NCBI GenBank assembly: GCA_036504055.1
Contig: DASXVU010000044.1
Location: forward strand, 8,260-72,259
DNA length: 64,000 nt
Reading direction: 5' to 3'
Source: Methanomassiliicoccales archaeon
GTDB lineage: Archaea; Thermoplasmatota; Thermoplasmata; Methanomassiliicoccales; UBA472
Every line of letters starts with the position of its first letter. Position 1 is the stretch's first letter. A program made the position numbers and the translations under genes. Positions 29,764 through 38,980 of the stretch are shown here, in pieces. The notes beneath the pieces are model-generated. The model made no database searches. It was given only the letters and a program-made list of their open reading frames with translations, and had not been told where the DNA came from.

Positions 29764-30690
29764 TCAATGCTCGTTGAATACGAATTCCTGTCCCAGTTCC
29801 CTGACTATGATCTCATAGGCGGCGAACGGTGGGATGACCCCTACCTCGGTGACGATCGAGTCGATGTACTCAGGCGGAGTGGCATCGAACACCGGATTGA
29901 ATATCCTGACCGAGGCCGGGATCTCACCGGGTCTTACTATCTCGGTCGCGTCCCGCTCCTCGATCTTGACCTTCTCCCCATATATCGACCTGGGGGAGAA
30001 CTTGAAGGTTTCGGCGCACACCGTGAACGGTACCCGTGCCTCATGTGCTGCCAGCGCGACCTGCGAGGTCCCGATCTTGTTGATCAGCGCACCGTTCGAG
30101 CAGATGGTGTCCGCCCCCACGAACACCGCGTCCACATCCTTCATCATGTACCGCACCGCCGAATCGACTATAATCGTGGTGGGCACTCCGGCCCGGGCCA
30201 GATCGTTAGCGGAGAGCACTCCCTGTCTCCACGGGCGGGATTCCGTGACCACCGCCTCTATCTTCTTACCTTCCTGCCATGCGGTGATTATCGCGCTAAG
30301 CGCCGCCTTGCTGTTGCAATGGGTCATGACCCGGTCCCCATCCTGTATGCGGTTCGCTCCCAGGTGGCCGATGATCTTCAACGCCTCGTTGGAGCGGGAT
30401 ACGAACTCGTCGGCGTTGCGCACCAGGGCGGAACGGTATTCTTCCAGATCGGTGATTGCGACGGTCCTCTTGAACACCGAATGGACCCCATTCCACAGCG
30501 AGACCGCGGTGGGTCTTGATTCCAGGAGGAGGTCCTTCGAGCCCTCCATGGCCTTCCGGAAATCTCCCAAGTCGATCCCTTGATAGGCCAACGCATCCTC
30601 CCTGAGGGCGATGGCCGCCCTTCTGGCGATCTCCGCCGCGCCTCTGATCTCCATCGAACGGATGGCATTGGCAACTTCCTTGGCCGTCAT
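29764..30690 (-). CDS. Ribose-1,5-bisphosphate isomerase (eIF-2B alpha/beta/delta-like, e2b2)
   Basis: eIF-2B-like fold motifs (IRGA..IAR, THCNS, VGADTICSNGALINKIGT). The gene lies immediately upstream of rbcL in the same orientation. Confidence 0.85.
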   Translation of the reverse strand: MTAKEVANAIRSMEIRGAAEIARRAAIALREDALAYQGIDLGDFRKAMEGSKDLLLESRPTAVSLWNGVHSVFKRTVAITDLEEYRSALVRNADEFVSRSNEALKIIGHLGANRIQDGDRVMTHCNSKAALSAIITAWQEGKKIEAVVTESRPWRQGVLSANDLARAGVPTTIIVDSAVRYMMKDVDAVFVGADTICSNGALINKIGTSQVALAAHEARVPFTVCAETFKFSPRSIYGEKVKIEERDATEIVRPGEIPASVRIFNPVFDATPPEYIDSIVTEVGVIPPFAAYEIIVRELGQEFVFNEH

Positions 30691-30768
30691 CTAAAGCCGT
30701 AATACCTACTCTCTGGACATAAAGGTTGGCCGAGAGATACGGCTGGATGTTCACCGACCGCACCCGCC

Positions 30769-32502
30769 TCATATCCCAAGGTACTTTTCCAGTTCCGCCA
30801 GTGGCCGGGTGTTGATGATTTGCTCCGGACCGAGCCATCCCCTCCGGGCCATGGCCACGCCGTAGACCATGTAGTCGAGGTGCTTGATGCTGTGCGAATC
30901 TGTGCTTATGACCAGGTCAAGGCCCTTCTCTCTCGCCTTTCGGCAGTTCACATCGTTCAGGTCCAGACGTTCCGGGAAGGCGTTTACCTCAAGCAGGACA
31001 CCTTTCTCCTTCGCCGCCTCCATCACCAGGTCGATGTTGACCTGATACTGTTCCCGCTGCCCGATCCTCCTGCCGGTGGGATGGGCCAATATCGTGAGGT
31101 TCTCGTTCGACATTGCCGAAATGATCCGGTTGGTCATCTCCATCTCCGACATCTTGAACCTCGAATGAACCGACCCTACCACCAGGTCCAGCTCCTTCAG
31201 TTCCTCGTTCGGGTATTCGAGCTTCCCGTTCTCCTCGATCTCCACCTCCGTGCCGATGAGAACACGGAACGGGGCCATCTTTTCCGATATCCTTCTCGCC
31301 TCTTCGATGTTCTTCCTCAGCCGCTCGACCGAGAGGCCGCCGGCGATGGTGAGCGATTCCGAGTGGTCGGTGACGGCGATGTACTGGTAACCTTTCTGCC
31401 GGGCCGCTTCAGCCATCGCCTCCATGCTGGTGTTTCCGTCGCTCATCTCGGTGTGCACATGGAAATCGCCCTTGATGTCAGAAAGCTCAACGATCTGTGG
31501 TATGTTATGTGCCACTCCCGCCTCGATCTCGCCCCGGTCCTCTCGCATCTCCGGTGGCATGATATCCACGCCCAGAACCCGATAGATCTCCTCCTCGGTA
31601 TGCCCTGCCACCATCTCGTCGGTGTCCTTCCTGAAGAGCCCGAACTCGTTCAGTTTGTAACCCATGTCGATCGCCATTGATCGCAGTTTGATGTTGTGCT
31701 CCTTGCTGCCGGTGAAATACTGCAATGCAGCCCCGAAGCTCTTGTCCGGCACCACCAGCAGGTCGACCTGGACATCATCCTTTAGACGGACGGACGCCTT
31801 CGTTTGCCCTTGGCCGATTATCTCCTTCACATCGGGGCCATGGACAAACTGGTACATCACCCGGGCCGGCTCATCGCTGCCGGCCAGCACATCGATGTCG
31901 CCGATGGTCTCCTTCATGCGGCGTAGGGAGCCAGCGAGGCTGACGTGCTCCACACCCTGGGCGAGAAGGAAATCGGTCATCATCTTGCCCGCCGGGTAAG
32001 CGTTGCTCAGAAGCATCCTTCCCTTCGACGACTCCACCAGGCGGATGCCGTTGAGGATGTTCTCTTCGGTCTTCTGGCCGAATCCCTTCAACCGGCGGAT
32101 GCGATGCTGTTCGACCGCCTGCTTCAATTCCTGCAGACTGGTGATGTTCAATTGCCTGTACAGCAGCATGGTCGTCTTCGGTCCGATCTCCGGCACTGCC
32201 ATGAGCTGGATCAATCCAGAAGGGAACTCGTTCCTAAGTTCGGTGAGGTAGCCCAATTCACCGGTATCGATGATCTCCGCCACCTTCTTGGCTATGGCAT
32301 CGCCGACCCCTGGCACCTCACGGAGCTTGCCACGTTTGTACACATCCTCGATGTCCTCCCTCGTCTCTTCTATAGCATGGGCGGCGTTCCGGTACGCGCG
32401 CGGCTTGAACGGTTCGCCCCCTTTCAATTCCAAGAGGTCCGCGATCTCGTAGAGGATGGACGCGACCTTTTCGTTGAGCATGTAATCATATGATGATTCC
32501 AA
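30769..32502 (-). CDS. polX: Family X DNA polymerase with C-terminal PHP domain (PolX)
   Basis: HhH motifs (VPGVGDAIAKK, GFGQKT), nucleotidyltransferase motif GSLRRMKETIGDIDVL, and PHP motif HVHTEMSDG...VTDHS. Confidence 0.9.
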   Translation of the reverse strand: MESSYDYMLNEKVASILYEIADLLELKGGEPFKPRAYRNAAHAIEETREDIEDVYKRGKLREVPGVGDAIAKKVAEIIDTGELGYLTELRNEFPSGLIQLMAVPEIGPKTTMLLYRQLNITSLQELKQAVEQHRIRRLKGFGQKTEENILNGIRLVESSKGRMLLSNAYPAGKMMTDFLLAQGVEHVSLAGSLRRMKETIGDIDVLAGSDEPARVMYQFVHGPDVKEIIGQGQTKASVRLKDDVQVDLLVVPDKSFGAALQYFTGSKEHNIKLRSMAIDMGYKLNEFGLFRKDTDEMVAGHTEEEIYRVLGVDIMPPEMREDRGEIEAGVAHNIPQIVELSDIKGDFHVHTEMSDGNTSMEAMAEAARQKGYQYIAVTDHSESLTIAGGLSVERLRKNIEEARRISEKMAPFRVLIGTEVEIEENGKLEYPNEELKELDLVVGSVHSRFKMSEMEMTNRIISAMSNENLTILAHPTGRRIGQREQYQVNIDLVMEAAKEKGVLLEVNAFPERLDLNDVNCRKAREKGLDLVISTDSHSIKHLDYMVYGVAMARRGWLGPEQIINTRPLAELEKYLGI

Positions 32503-32739
32503 ACCTCAAGAGATAATGCTTTCCGAACCAACCCTGAATGGATTCTGTCTTGAACATTGTCCGTCTTCCTCATTCAATACACTGGGAAAGCAAGGTAACT
32601 GCGAGGTCTGGAGGTCTAACAGGTCGATCCATAATTGACGATGCGTTCTCGACGTAATTTTCACGGCTTATCACACAGTCAGATATAATCAAATATTCTA
32701 CCCCGCCATCCTTTGGCCAGTAATAAAGGAAGTTAAGAG

Positions 32740-33798
32740 ATGATATGTCCAAAATGCGGGTTTGACAATCCGAATGGGAGTTTCTGTGGTAAGTGCGGAT
32801 CACCATTACCGGCGCAGTCGGCGCCGATTTACCAACCACCAACGCCCAGACACACGAACAAGAAAACATTGATGATCGCTTTTGCGGCAGTCATCGTGGT
32901 GGTCATATTGGTCTTGGCAGCGGTGTTTTTCGTAATGCCGAAAGCATCCTCGCAGTCCACTCCACAATCAACCTTGAACACCTTCCTCGACGATGCAAAG
33001 AGCAACGACGCTACAAAGATGATAGACGCTACGATCCTTCATTTTGACACTGCTAACCGTTCCGTCTACATCGGCAGCATGACAAGCGGTTACATCGCAA
33101 TGTACCATGTCGAGGTCATCAGCATGGAAGATGTTCCAGTATCATCCGCACCGGCCGATATCAAGATGGATGTGACAAACTTCACGGCCGTGTTCCAGAC
33201 CCTTTACGGCATAACCATCCAGGATTCACAATTCGTCAAGGTGACGGTCAAGAACTCCTCGGATTCCACCACCGTGACCTCATACATGCTTCTGTCCAAG
33301 GTGGATGGGAAGTGGTATTTTGACATATTCATGTACCTCTCAGATGATTGGGCCAAGGACAGGTCAATGGGCGATCAGGGTATGAGCTTCTTCGACTTCG
33401 GTCCCACGGAACAAATCAATCCATTGGCAACATTTTCACTGGGAACCAACAATTCTGGATATTGGAATTTCAAGATCAGTTCGGTCAATTCGGCCAGCGT
33501 TAGGTTCACCGATTGTAGGATCCAACTGAGCATGGGAGGCAAATTGAGCTCTGCGGTGTCGATACCATCGACCCTAAGACTGAATATCCCGATCAGTGCC
33601 GGAACCGCCACCGGTTACGACCTCACCATCGTGGACTCTGGAGCTTCAGGATACCTGTCAAGTAATGACATGTTCAGGTTCGGTCCGATCGGAAATGTGA
33701 CCGGAAATAATGCCAACCAGCCTGCGGGAACAGCCATCATTGTCATCCTGACGAACACCCAGACCGGAGGGTTCGCAACCGGCTTCCTGACCGTCTGA
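32740..33798 (+). CDS. Zinc-ribbon membrane protein with extracytoplasmic domain
   Basis: MICPKCGF...CGKCG zinc ribbon and a single TM helix (LMIAFAAVIVVVILVLAAVFFV). The C-terminal ~120 aa are shared with the next gene. Confidence 0.6.
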   Translation: MICPKCGFDNPNGSFCGKCGSPLPAQSAPIYQPPTPRHTNKKTLMIAFAAVIVVVILVLAAVFFVMPKASSQSTPQSTLNTFLDDAKSNDATKMIDATILHFDTANRSVYIGSMTSGYIAMYHVEVISMEDVPVSSAPADIKMDVTNFTAVFQTLYGITIQDSQFVKVTVKNSSDSTTVTSYMLLSKVDGKWYFDIFMYLSDDWAKDRSMGDQGMSFFDFGPTEQINPLATFSLGTNNSGYWNFKISSVNSASVRFTDCRIQLSMGGKLSSAVSIPSTLRLNIPISAGTATGYDLTIVDSGASGYLSSNDMFRFGPIGNVTGNNANQPAGTAIIVILTNTQTGGFATGFLTV

Positions 33799-33976
33799 TC
33801 TCTTTGTTGGGTCTGCCGACCCATCTTTCTTTTTTCTTTATCTCCCATATAAGTTAACAAATACCCAATTGACGATGATTGTTGAGGGAGTTGGTGAATT
33901 TGGGGGCTCCAGGGTTTGTAAGGACGGTGGCGGCACACATGGACCGTTCGTTTGACCGATCGAGGAGGGCTCTTCC

Positions 33977-34486
33977 GTGTTGCGATCCAAATTAGGAAAA
34001 AGGAACATCGGGATATTGGTCATATCTGTCCTGATAATCTCGGTGGCAGCGATCCTAGCTGTTCAATACTCCAACCACCCGCCGATTTACGACCCTCCGA
34101 CCCCTGTCGGTGCGATGCCGGCCGGATCGAACGTCTCAGGCAGCTGGGTGTTCAACCTTGTTGCGATAAGCCAGACCAATGTTCGGATAACGGACTGTGC
34201 CGTCTCTCTGACCATCGATGATCATCGCAGCGATGCATATGCGTTCATCGCCTCCTCGTCATTGAACATACCTATCGACAGCGGGAACGCCACCGGTTAC
34301 AGCCTCAGGGTCAACGATGTGGGAAAACAGGGATATCTCTCCGAGGGAGACGATTTTATCATCGGCCCGATCAACAATGCCACTGGGAACAACGCCTATC
34401 AACCGAGCGGCACCCAGGTAACGTTCCATCTCATCTACAACCCGTCGGGTGGACAGATCGTCGAAGGCAAGCTTACGGTTCAGTGA
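33977..34486 (+). CDS. Membrane-anchored protein, paralog of the C-terminal domain of the preceding gene
   Basis: N-terminal anchor IGILVISVLIISVAAILAV. The C-terminal domain aligns with the upstream protein (NATGY.L...D.G..GYLS..D.F..GPI.N.TGNNA.QP.GT). Confidence 0.55.
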   Translation: MLRSKLGKRNIGILVISVLIISVAAILAVQYSNHPPIYDPPTPVGAMPAGSNVSGSWVFNLVAISQTNVRITDCAVSLTIDDHRSDAYAFIASSSLNIPIDSGNATGYSLRVNDVGKQGYLSEGDDFIIGPINNATGNNAYQPSGTQVTFHLIYNPSGGQIVEGKLTVQ

Positions 34487-34582
34487 ATCGTCACCAAGAG
34501 AGGAACAATGGTCGGAGCTAGAGCGGTCAAATGCGAAGACCTTAAGACCACGACGCTCCAATGAATTCGGGAAGGTGAGATC

Positions 34583-35839
34583 TTGGCAGAAGAGACTTAC
34601 AATCCCTATGAGACCGCCGTTTCCCATGTGGAAAGGGTCGGCAAGATGATGGACATGCAGCGGGACATGATAGACATGCTGCGTCAGCCTAGGCGAGAAT
34701 TGACCGTACACATGCCGGTCAAAATGGACGATGGGGCGGTCCACATGTTCACCGGGTTCCGAGTCCAGCACAACAATGCCCGGGGTCCCTGCAAGGGCGG
34801 CATCAGGTATCATCCGAACGTCACGCTGGACGAGGTCAAGGCGTTGGCCATGTGGATGACCTGGAAGTGCACGGTGGTGGGCATTCCTTTCGGCGGTGCC
34901 AAGGGCGGTGTGATCTGTAATCCCAAGGAGATGTCCAAGAACGAACTGGAACATCTGTCGCGTAGGTATGCCTCGGACATCTACTCGTTCATCGGACCTC
35001 AGACCGACATCCCCGCTCCAGATGTCTATACTGACGCACAGGTGATGGCCTGGATCATGGATACCATAGCGATGCATGAAGGATCTGCGATGCCACAAGT
35101 GGTCACCGGCAAGCCGGTGGAACTCGGCGGATCGATCGGACGGGATGAGGCGACATCACGGGGGTTGATGTACATCGCTGAGGAGGCCGCCAAGACCAAG
35201 GAGATCAGGCTTAAGGATGCGAGCATCGCCATCCAAGGCTTCGGGAACGTAGGGGGCAACGCCGCCAGGCTCATGGAGAAAGAGCTGGGTGCCAAGATAG
35301 TGGCGCTGAGCGATTCCCATGGCGGCATATACAATCGGGACGGGCTGAACGTGGCCAGTGTCGAGAAGTATAAGAGACAGACCGGCTCCCTTCACGACTA
35401 TCCAGATGCCAAGAACATCGAGAATTACGAACTTCTGGAACTGAACTGCGACGTCCTGGTCCCGGCGGCCTTGGAGAATGTCATCAACGAGAAGAATGCG
35501 GACCGTATCGCGGCCAAGATCATAGTGGAAGGGGCGAACGGGCCAACGACGCCCAAGGCGGACGAGATCCTTCTGCAGAAGGACATCATGGTCGTCCCAG
35601 ACATCCTGTCCAACGCTGGGGGCGTCACCGTCTCCTATTTCGAATGGGTCCAGGACCTGCAGTTCTTCTTCTGGACGCTGGACGAGGTCAATGCAAGGCT
35701 GCGTCAGGTCATGACCAGTGCATATGACAAGGTCATCGCCCTGTCCCATTCTAGGGAGGTGGACATGCGCACCGCCGCGGACATGATCGCCATGGGCGAT
35801 GTCGCCAGGGCCATCCAGCTCAGGGGAATATTCCCCTAG
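34583..35839 (+). CDS. gdhA: Glutamate dehydrogenase
   Basis: GGAKGG catalytic-Lys motif, GFGNVG Rossmann motif, and conserved N- and C-terminal GDH blocks. 418 aa. Confidence 0.93.
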   Translation: MAEETYNPYETAVSHVERVGKMMDMQRDMIDMLRQPRRELTVHMPVKMDDGAVHMFTGFRVQHNNARGPCKGGIRYHPNVTLDEVKALAMWMTWKCTVVGIPFGGAKGGVICNPKEMSKNELEHLSRRYASDIYSFIGPQTDIPAPDVYTDAQVMAWIMDTIAMHEGSAMPQVVTGKPVELGGSIGRDEATSRGLMYIAEEAAKTKEIRLKDASIAIQGFGNVGGNAARLMEKELGAKIVALSDSHGGIYNRDGLNVASVEKYKRQTGSLHDYPDAKNIENYELLELNCDVLVPAALENVINEKNADRIAAKIIVEGANGPTTPKADEILLQKDIMVVPDILSNAGGVTVSYFEWVQDLQFFFWTLDEVNARLRQVMTSAYDKVIALSHSREVDMRTAADMIAMGDVARAIQLRGIFP

Positions 35840-35848
35840 GTAAAACAT

Positions 35849-36589
35849 TCAGGGTTCAAGCTCGCTCTGGAGCAGCTTGAACTCCATCTGCTCCATCGTG
35901 GCCGGTTCAACGGGTATCAGCAATATGGAACGCGCCGAGTAGACATCGTCCTTCAGCTTCTGGACCATCTTCAGGAATCCTTTGAAGTCGTTGTTCGTGA
36001 TCATCATGTTCACACCCTCGAGCAGAATGACCGTCGATTTGTCCTTGTTCGCTGCCAGGAAGAGCTTTATGGCGCTCTGCACCTTGGAAAGGTCGGTGGG
36101 GGCGAGGTATCTTTCCCTCCACTTCTGCTCAGGATCCACGTCGGCGGCTGGCGGGTCCGATTTGGTGAGCCAAACGATGGTGCACTTATCCCCAAACCGT
36201 CTTTGTGCCACCTCTGGAGGGAGCCTGGAAATGCACAGGCCGATCATACCCATGTTGACCAGGGAAGAGAATATCTTGAAAGCCTGGTCCGGCCTTTCCT
36301 TCTCTTTGATGAGATAGGTCCTCATCGGTTCGAAGGACATCTGCAGCTCATGCTTCTGGCTATCGTCACTGAGATCGATGCCGGTCTCCCTCAGTATCTT
36401 GCGTTTCCTACCCTTGACCTTGTCCTCGATCGCAAAGCGCTGGTTCTTCGCCAAGAGCTGGATCTCCGTCGTCGTGAAGTTGCGCTTCATGGTGGTGGAG
36501 ATCAGCTCCTCTAGCGCCTCGCGAAGACCATCCTCATAGCCTTTGATGTAACCCCTCGAAAGGGACTCCTGATCAGACATGCATCCCAT
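35849..36589 (-). CDS. DUF835 domain protein (degenerate KaiC/RecA-like fold)
   Basis: N-terminal helical region, then TYLIKEKERPDQAFKIFSSLV..G..GLCISRLPPEV...IVWLTK...ILLEGV. This matches my recollection of the DUF835 pattern. No P-loop is present. Confidence 0.6.
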   Translation of the reverse strand: MGCMSDQESLSRGYIKGYEDGLREALEELISTTMKRNFTTTEIQLLAKNQRFAIEDKVKGRKRKILRETGIDLSDDSQKHELQMSFEPMRTYLIKEKERPDQAFKIFSSLVNMGMIGLCISRLPPEVAQRRFGDKCTIVWLTKSDPPAADVDPEQKWRERYLAPTDLSKVQSAIKLFLAANKDKSTVILLEGVNMMITNNDFKGFLKMVQKLKDDVYSARSILLIPVEPATMEQMEFKLLQSELEP

Positions 36590-36762
36590 ATAGTGAATAG
36601 CCGAGGCCGAGATTTAACCTTATGTTCGCTAAAATCAAACAGGAACTTGGCGACGATTTGGAGCATCAGCATAACCAATTCGACCTTTCCGATGTCCATT
36701 TACGTTCCAGCCGGAAGAACCTTGAGAAAGTCTTTTATGATTAGGAGCCTACTAACCGCCGG

Positions 36763-38295
36763 ATGCCGACCCAACAAGTCAAGTTCAGAGGGGTCAAGGC
36801 CACCCCAAAGGCGTTGGAGAAAGGCCTCATCGAGACGTCGAAGATGCTGCGTGACAATCCGGCCATCATCATTCCTCAGTGTTCTGGCGAAAAGTGCCGT
36901 AAGTGCCGCTTCGACAAGGTCCAACGGAAGATCGAGAAGGTCTCCAATTACAAGGACGATCCAGATAAGCTAAACAAGATGGCGATGCACGGTGACCAGC
37001 TGGTACGTGCCTATGCAGCCGCGATCTCCCTGGCCGCTTCCGGAAAGATCCCCTATCTGACCGCCGCCCAATTGCCCGTCGGAGAGGTCTCATTCGCCGT
37101 CAGGGGCAAGGTCGACCGGGAGAAGCTTATCGGCATCCAGCATTTCGACGACCCGGACCTGAGGCTGCTCGCCTATTTCGACATCGCGAAGAAACGCGAC
37201 CTTCACATCTATTCCACCAACGAACGATTGTTCTGTTCCGAGGCCGGGGCCGATGTTCCGGACAAATATGTCACCGAGATGCTTGAACAATCCGAGTACA
37301 AGCTCAAAGGGCTCACCTGCGGCCACCCGGAATCTGACGCCTGCCTGATAATCAATTGGAAATCATCCGGGAAAGAGGTAAGGGTCTGCCATGAATGTGC
37401 CAAAGAGGTCAATTTGATCAGTTGGCTCTCATCCCGCATCGCAGCCAATCAGACCAACGATGATTTCGAGGTCAATGTGGAGCGTAAGCTGCACTGCATA
37501 GCATCCGATTGCGCTGATTGCCCGTCCAAGAAAGCGTTCGAGATGAGCGACGACCTCAAACGGTCGTATATGGACGGGAAGATCAGCGACAAGGAGCTGA
37601 TCAACCGCTACATCGAGGAGCTGAACGTCACCACGCGCTGGATGGAATCGGTCTACATTTCCGGGGCGGATTGCTACGGACACGACAAGAACAAGTTCCT
37701 GGCCGACGTGAAGGGGAACGAGTCCGAGATGATGGCGCTCAACCATCTTCTTGAGGTGAAGAACGTCTCCATCGTCTCCTCAAGCAATCAGGCAGGTAAG
37801 ATAATCACCGACATATGGGAACCGAACAGGCAGACACTGCTTGAGGCGGTGGCGTCGCAGGGTGTTATCGAGGACCTGTTGAAAAGGACGGACCTCACCC
37901 CGCCCCAGATGGTGCAGGAAGCAAGGCGGATGGAACAGAACCTGAATATCTCCAGCGCTCTGCCCAGGTATTCCAAGCTGGGTGAGATAGGCGCCTACGC
38001 CGATCTGCTGGCCAGAACCTTCAAGACCGAAGGCAAGGATGCAATGGTCCGGGCTACGGAAAAGGGCCGGCAGAAGGACCATCGGATCAAGTCGATATCC
38101 TTCGCCTTCCTCAACTCGGCCGGTGACACGTCAAAGAACTGGCAGTTCAACAAGGAGGAGACCGACTATGGAATCTATCTGGCACAGTTCGCACAGAAAA
38201 TGCTGGAATCGACCGGGTCCCAGTACGATGAGGCGTTGCGGAACTTGTTGGCAGCGTCCGGGGCGTCCGAACCGGCGGTGTTGGAAAAGAATTGA
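36763..38295 (+). CDS. Uncharacterised Cys-rich 510-aa protein
   Basis: Long ORF with protein-like composition. Cys clusters are CSGEKCRKC, CGHPESDAC, CHEC and CIASDCADC. I recognise no family. Confidence 0.6.
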   Translation: MPTQQVKFRGVKATPKALEKGLIETSKMLRDNPAIIIPQCSGEKCRKCRFDKVQRKIEKVSNYKDDPDKLNKMAMHGDQLVRAYAAAISLAASGKIPYLTAAQLPVGEVSFAVRGKVDREKLIGIQHFDDPDLRLLAYFDIAKKRDLHIYSTNERLFCSEAGADVPDKYVTEMLEQSEYKLKGLTCGHPESDACLIINWKSSGKEVRVCHECAKEVNLISWLSSRIAANQTNDDFEVNVERKLHCIASDCADCPSKKAFEMSDDLKRSYMDGKISDKELINRYIEELNVTTRWMESVYISGADCYGHDKNKFLADVKGNESEMMALNHLLEVKNVSIVSSSNQAGKIITDIWEPNRQTLLEAVASQGVIEDLLKRTDLTPPQMVQEARRMEQNLNISSALPRYSKLGEIGAYADLLARTFKTEGKDAMVRATEKGRQKDHRIKSISFAFLNSAGDTSKNWQFNKEETDYGIYLAQFAQKMLESTGSQYDEALRNLLAASGASEPAVLEKN

Positions 38296-38297
38296 GG

Positions 38298-38316
38298 CCC
38301 CTGTCTTCGGCAGGGG
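38298..38316. terminator. Hairpin between convergent genes
   Basis: CCCCTG-tcttcgg-CAGGGG lies 3 nt after the stop at 38295. Confidence 0.3.
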
Positions 38317-38345
38317 GGAAGTGATCAAGGTCGGTTCTGTGCCCG

Positions 38346-38894
38346 TTAGAGCGCCCGACCGTCCTTCAAAGCCCGTTCCATCAGTTCCTTGTTCTGCCTT
38401 GCGGTCGCAGGACTGTTCGCCGCGGTCAGCTGGATCGTGTCGTTCAGGTGGAACCCATATAGCTTCAGGATGCCGGCGAGCCCGTGGGCGGCGCTCTCGA
38501 AAGCCTTCGGGTCGGGGTTGCCTTGGGTAGTGATCACGATCGCCTTCTTCCCCGGGTTCAGGCTGACCTTGAAATCGGTTCCGAGGAACTGGTAGAGCCG
38601 ATCCTCGAACAGTCTGAACTGGCCGTTCAGCTGGCCCATGTAGATCGGGGCCCCCAGAACGACGGCGTCCGCCACCTTTATCGCTTCCATGAGCGGCGTC
38701 ATATCGTCCTCGAGCTTGCAGCGGTCATGGGTCTTGCAGTACAAGCAGGCCTGACATCCCTTATAGCTCATCTCATTCAGGAGGAAGATCTCCGTGGCAT
38801 GTCCCTTCTCCTTGGCTCCGTCCAATACCGCCTGGACCAGCGTTTCCGAGTTGCCATTCTTCCTTGGGCTTCCTGCGATACCGATGACTTTCAT
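38346..38894 (-). CDS. Flavodoxin-like fold NAD(P)H-dependent FMN reductase / iron-sulfur flavoprotein-like
   Basis: MKVIGIAGSPRKNGNS FMN-binding N-terminus, plus CQACLYC...C Cys residues as seen in Isf-like proteins. Confidence 0.75.
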   Translation of the reverse strand: MKVIGIAGSPRKNGNSETLVQAVLDGAKEKGHATEIFLLNEMSYKGCQACLYCKTHDRCKLEDDMTPLMEAIKVADAVVLGAPIYMGQLNGQFRLFEDRLYQFLGTDFKVSLNPGKKAIVITTQGNPDPKAFESAAHGLAGILKLYGFHLNDTIQLTAANSPATARQNKELMERALKDGRAL

Positions 38895-38980
38895 AAAGAA
38901 TCCTCAGCTATACCGATAGAAGTCACTATATTTCAATGAAGTACAATATTCTATTATATTAGCTATCCATTTGGATACTT

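Noticed and set aside
29095-30519. 474-aa ORF on the plus strand
   Set aside because: It lies entirely antisense to rbcL and the R15P isomerase gene, both of which have unmistakable family motifs. Its translation is Arg/Gly/Leu/Asp-rich and low in complexity, typical of antisense frames in GC-rich coding DNA.
34259-35098. 279-aa ORF on the minus strand, plus similar long antisense ORFs at 35156-35848, 28004-28825, 50310-51131 and 19891-20905
   Set aside because: All lie opposite strongly supported genes (gdhA, deoA/rbcL, beta-CASP RNase, dnaK) and show Arg/His/Gly/Leu-biased, motif-free translations.
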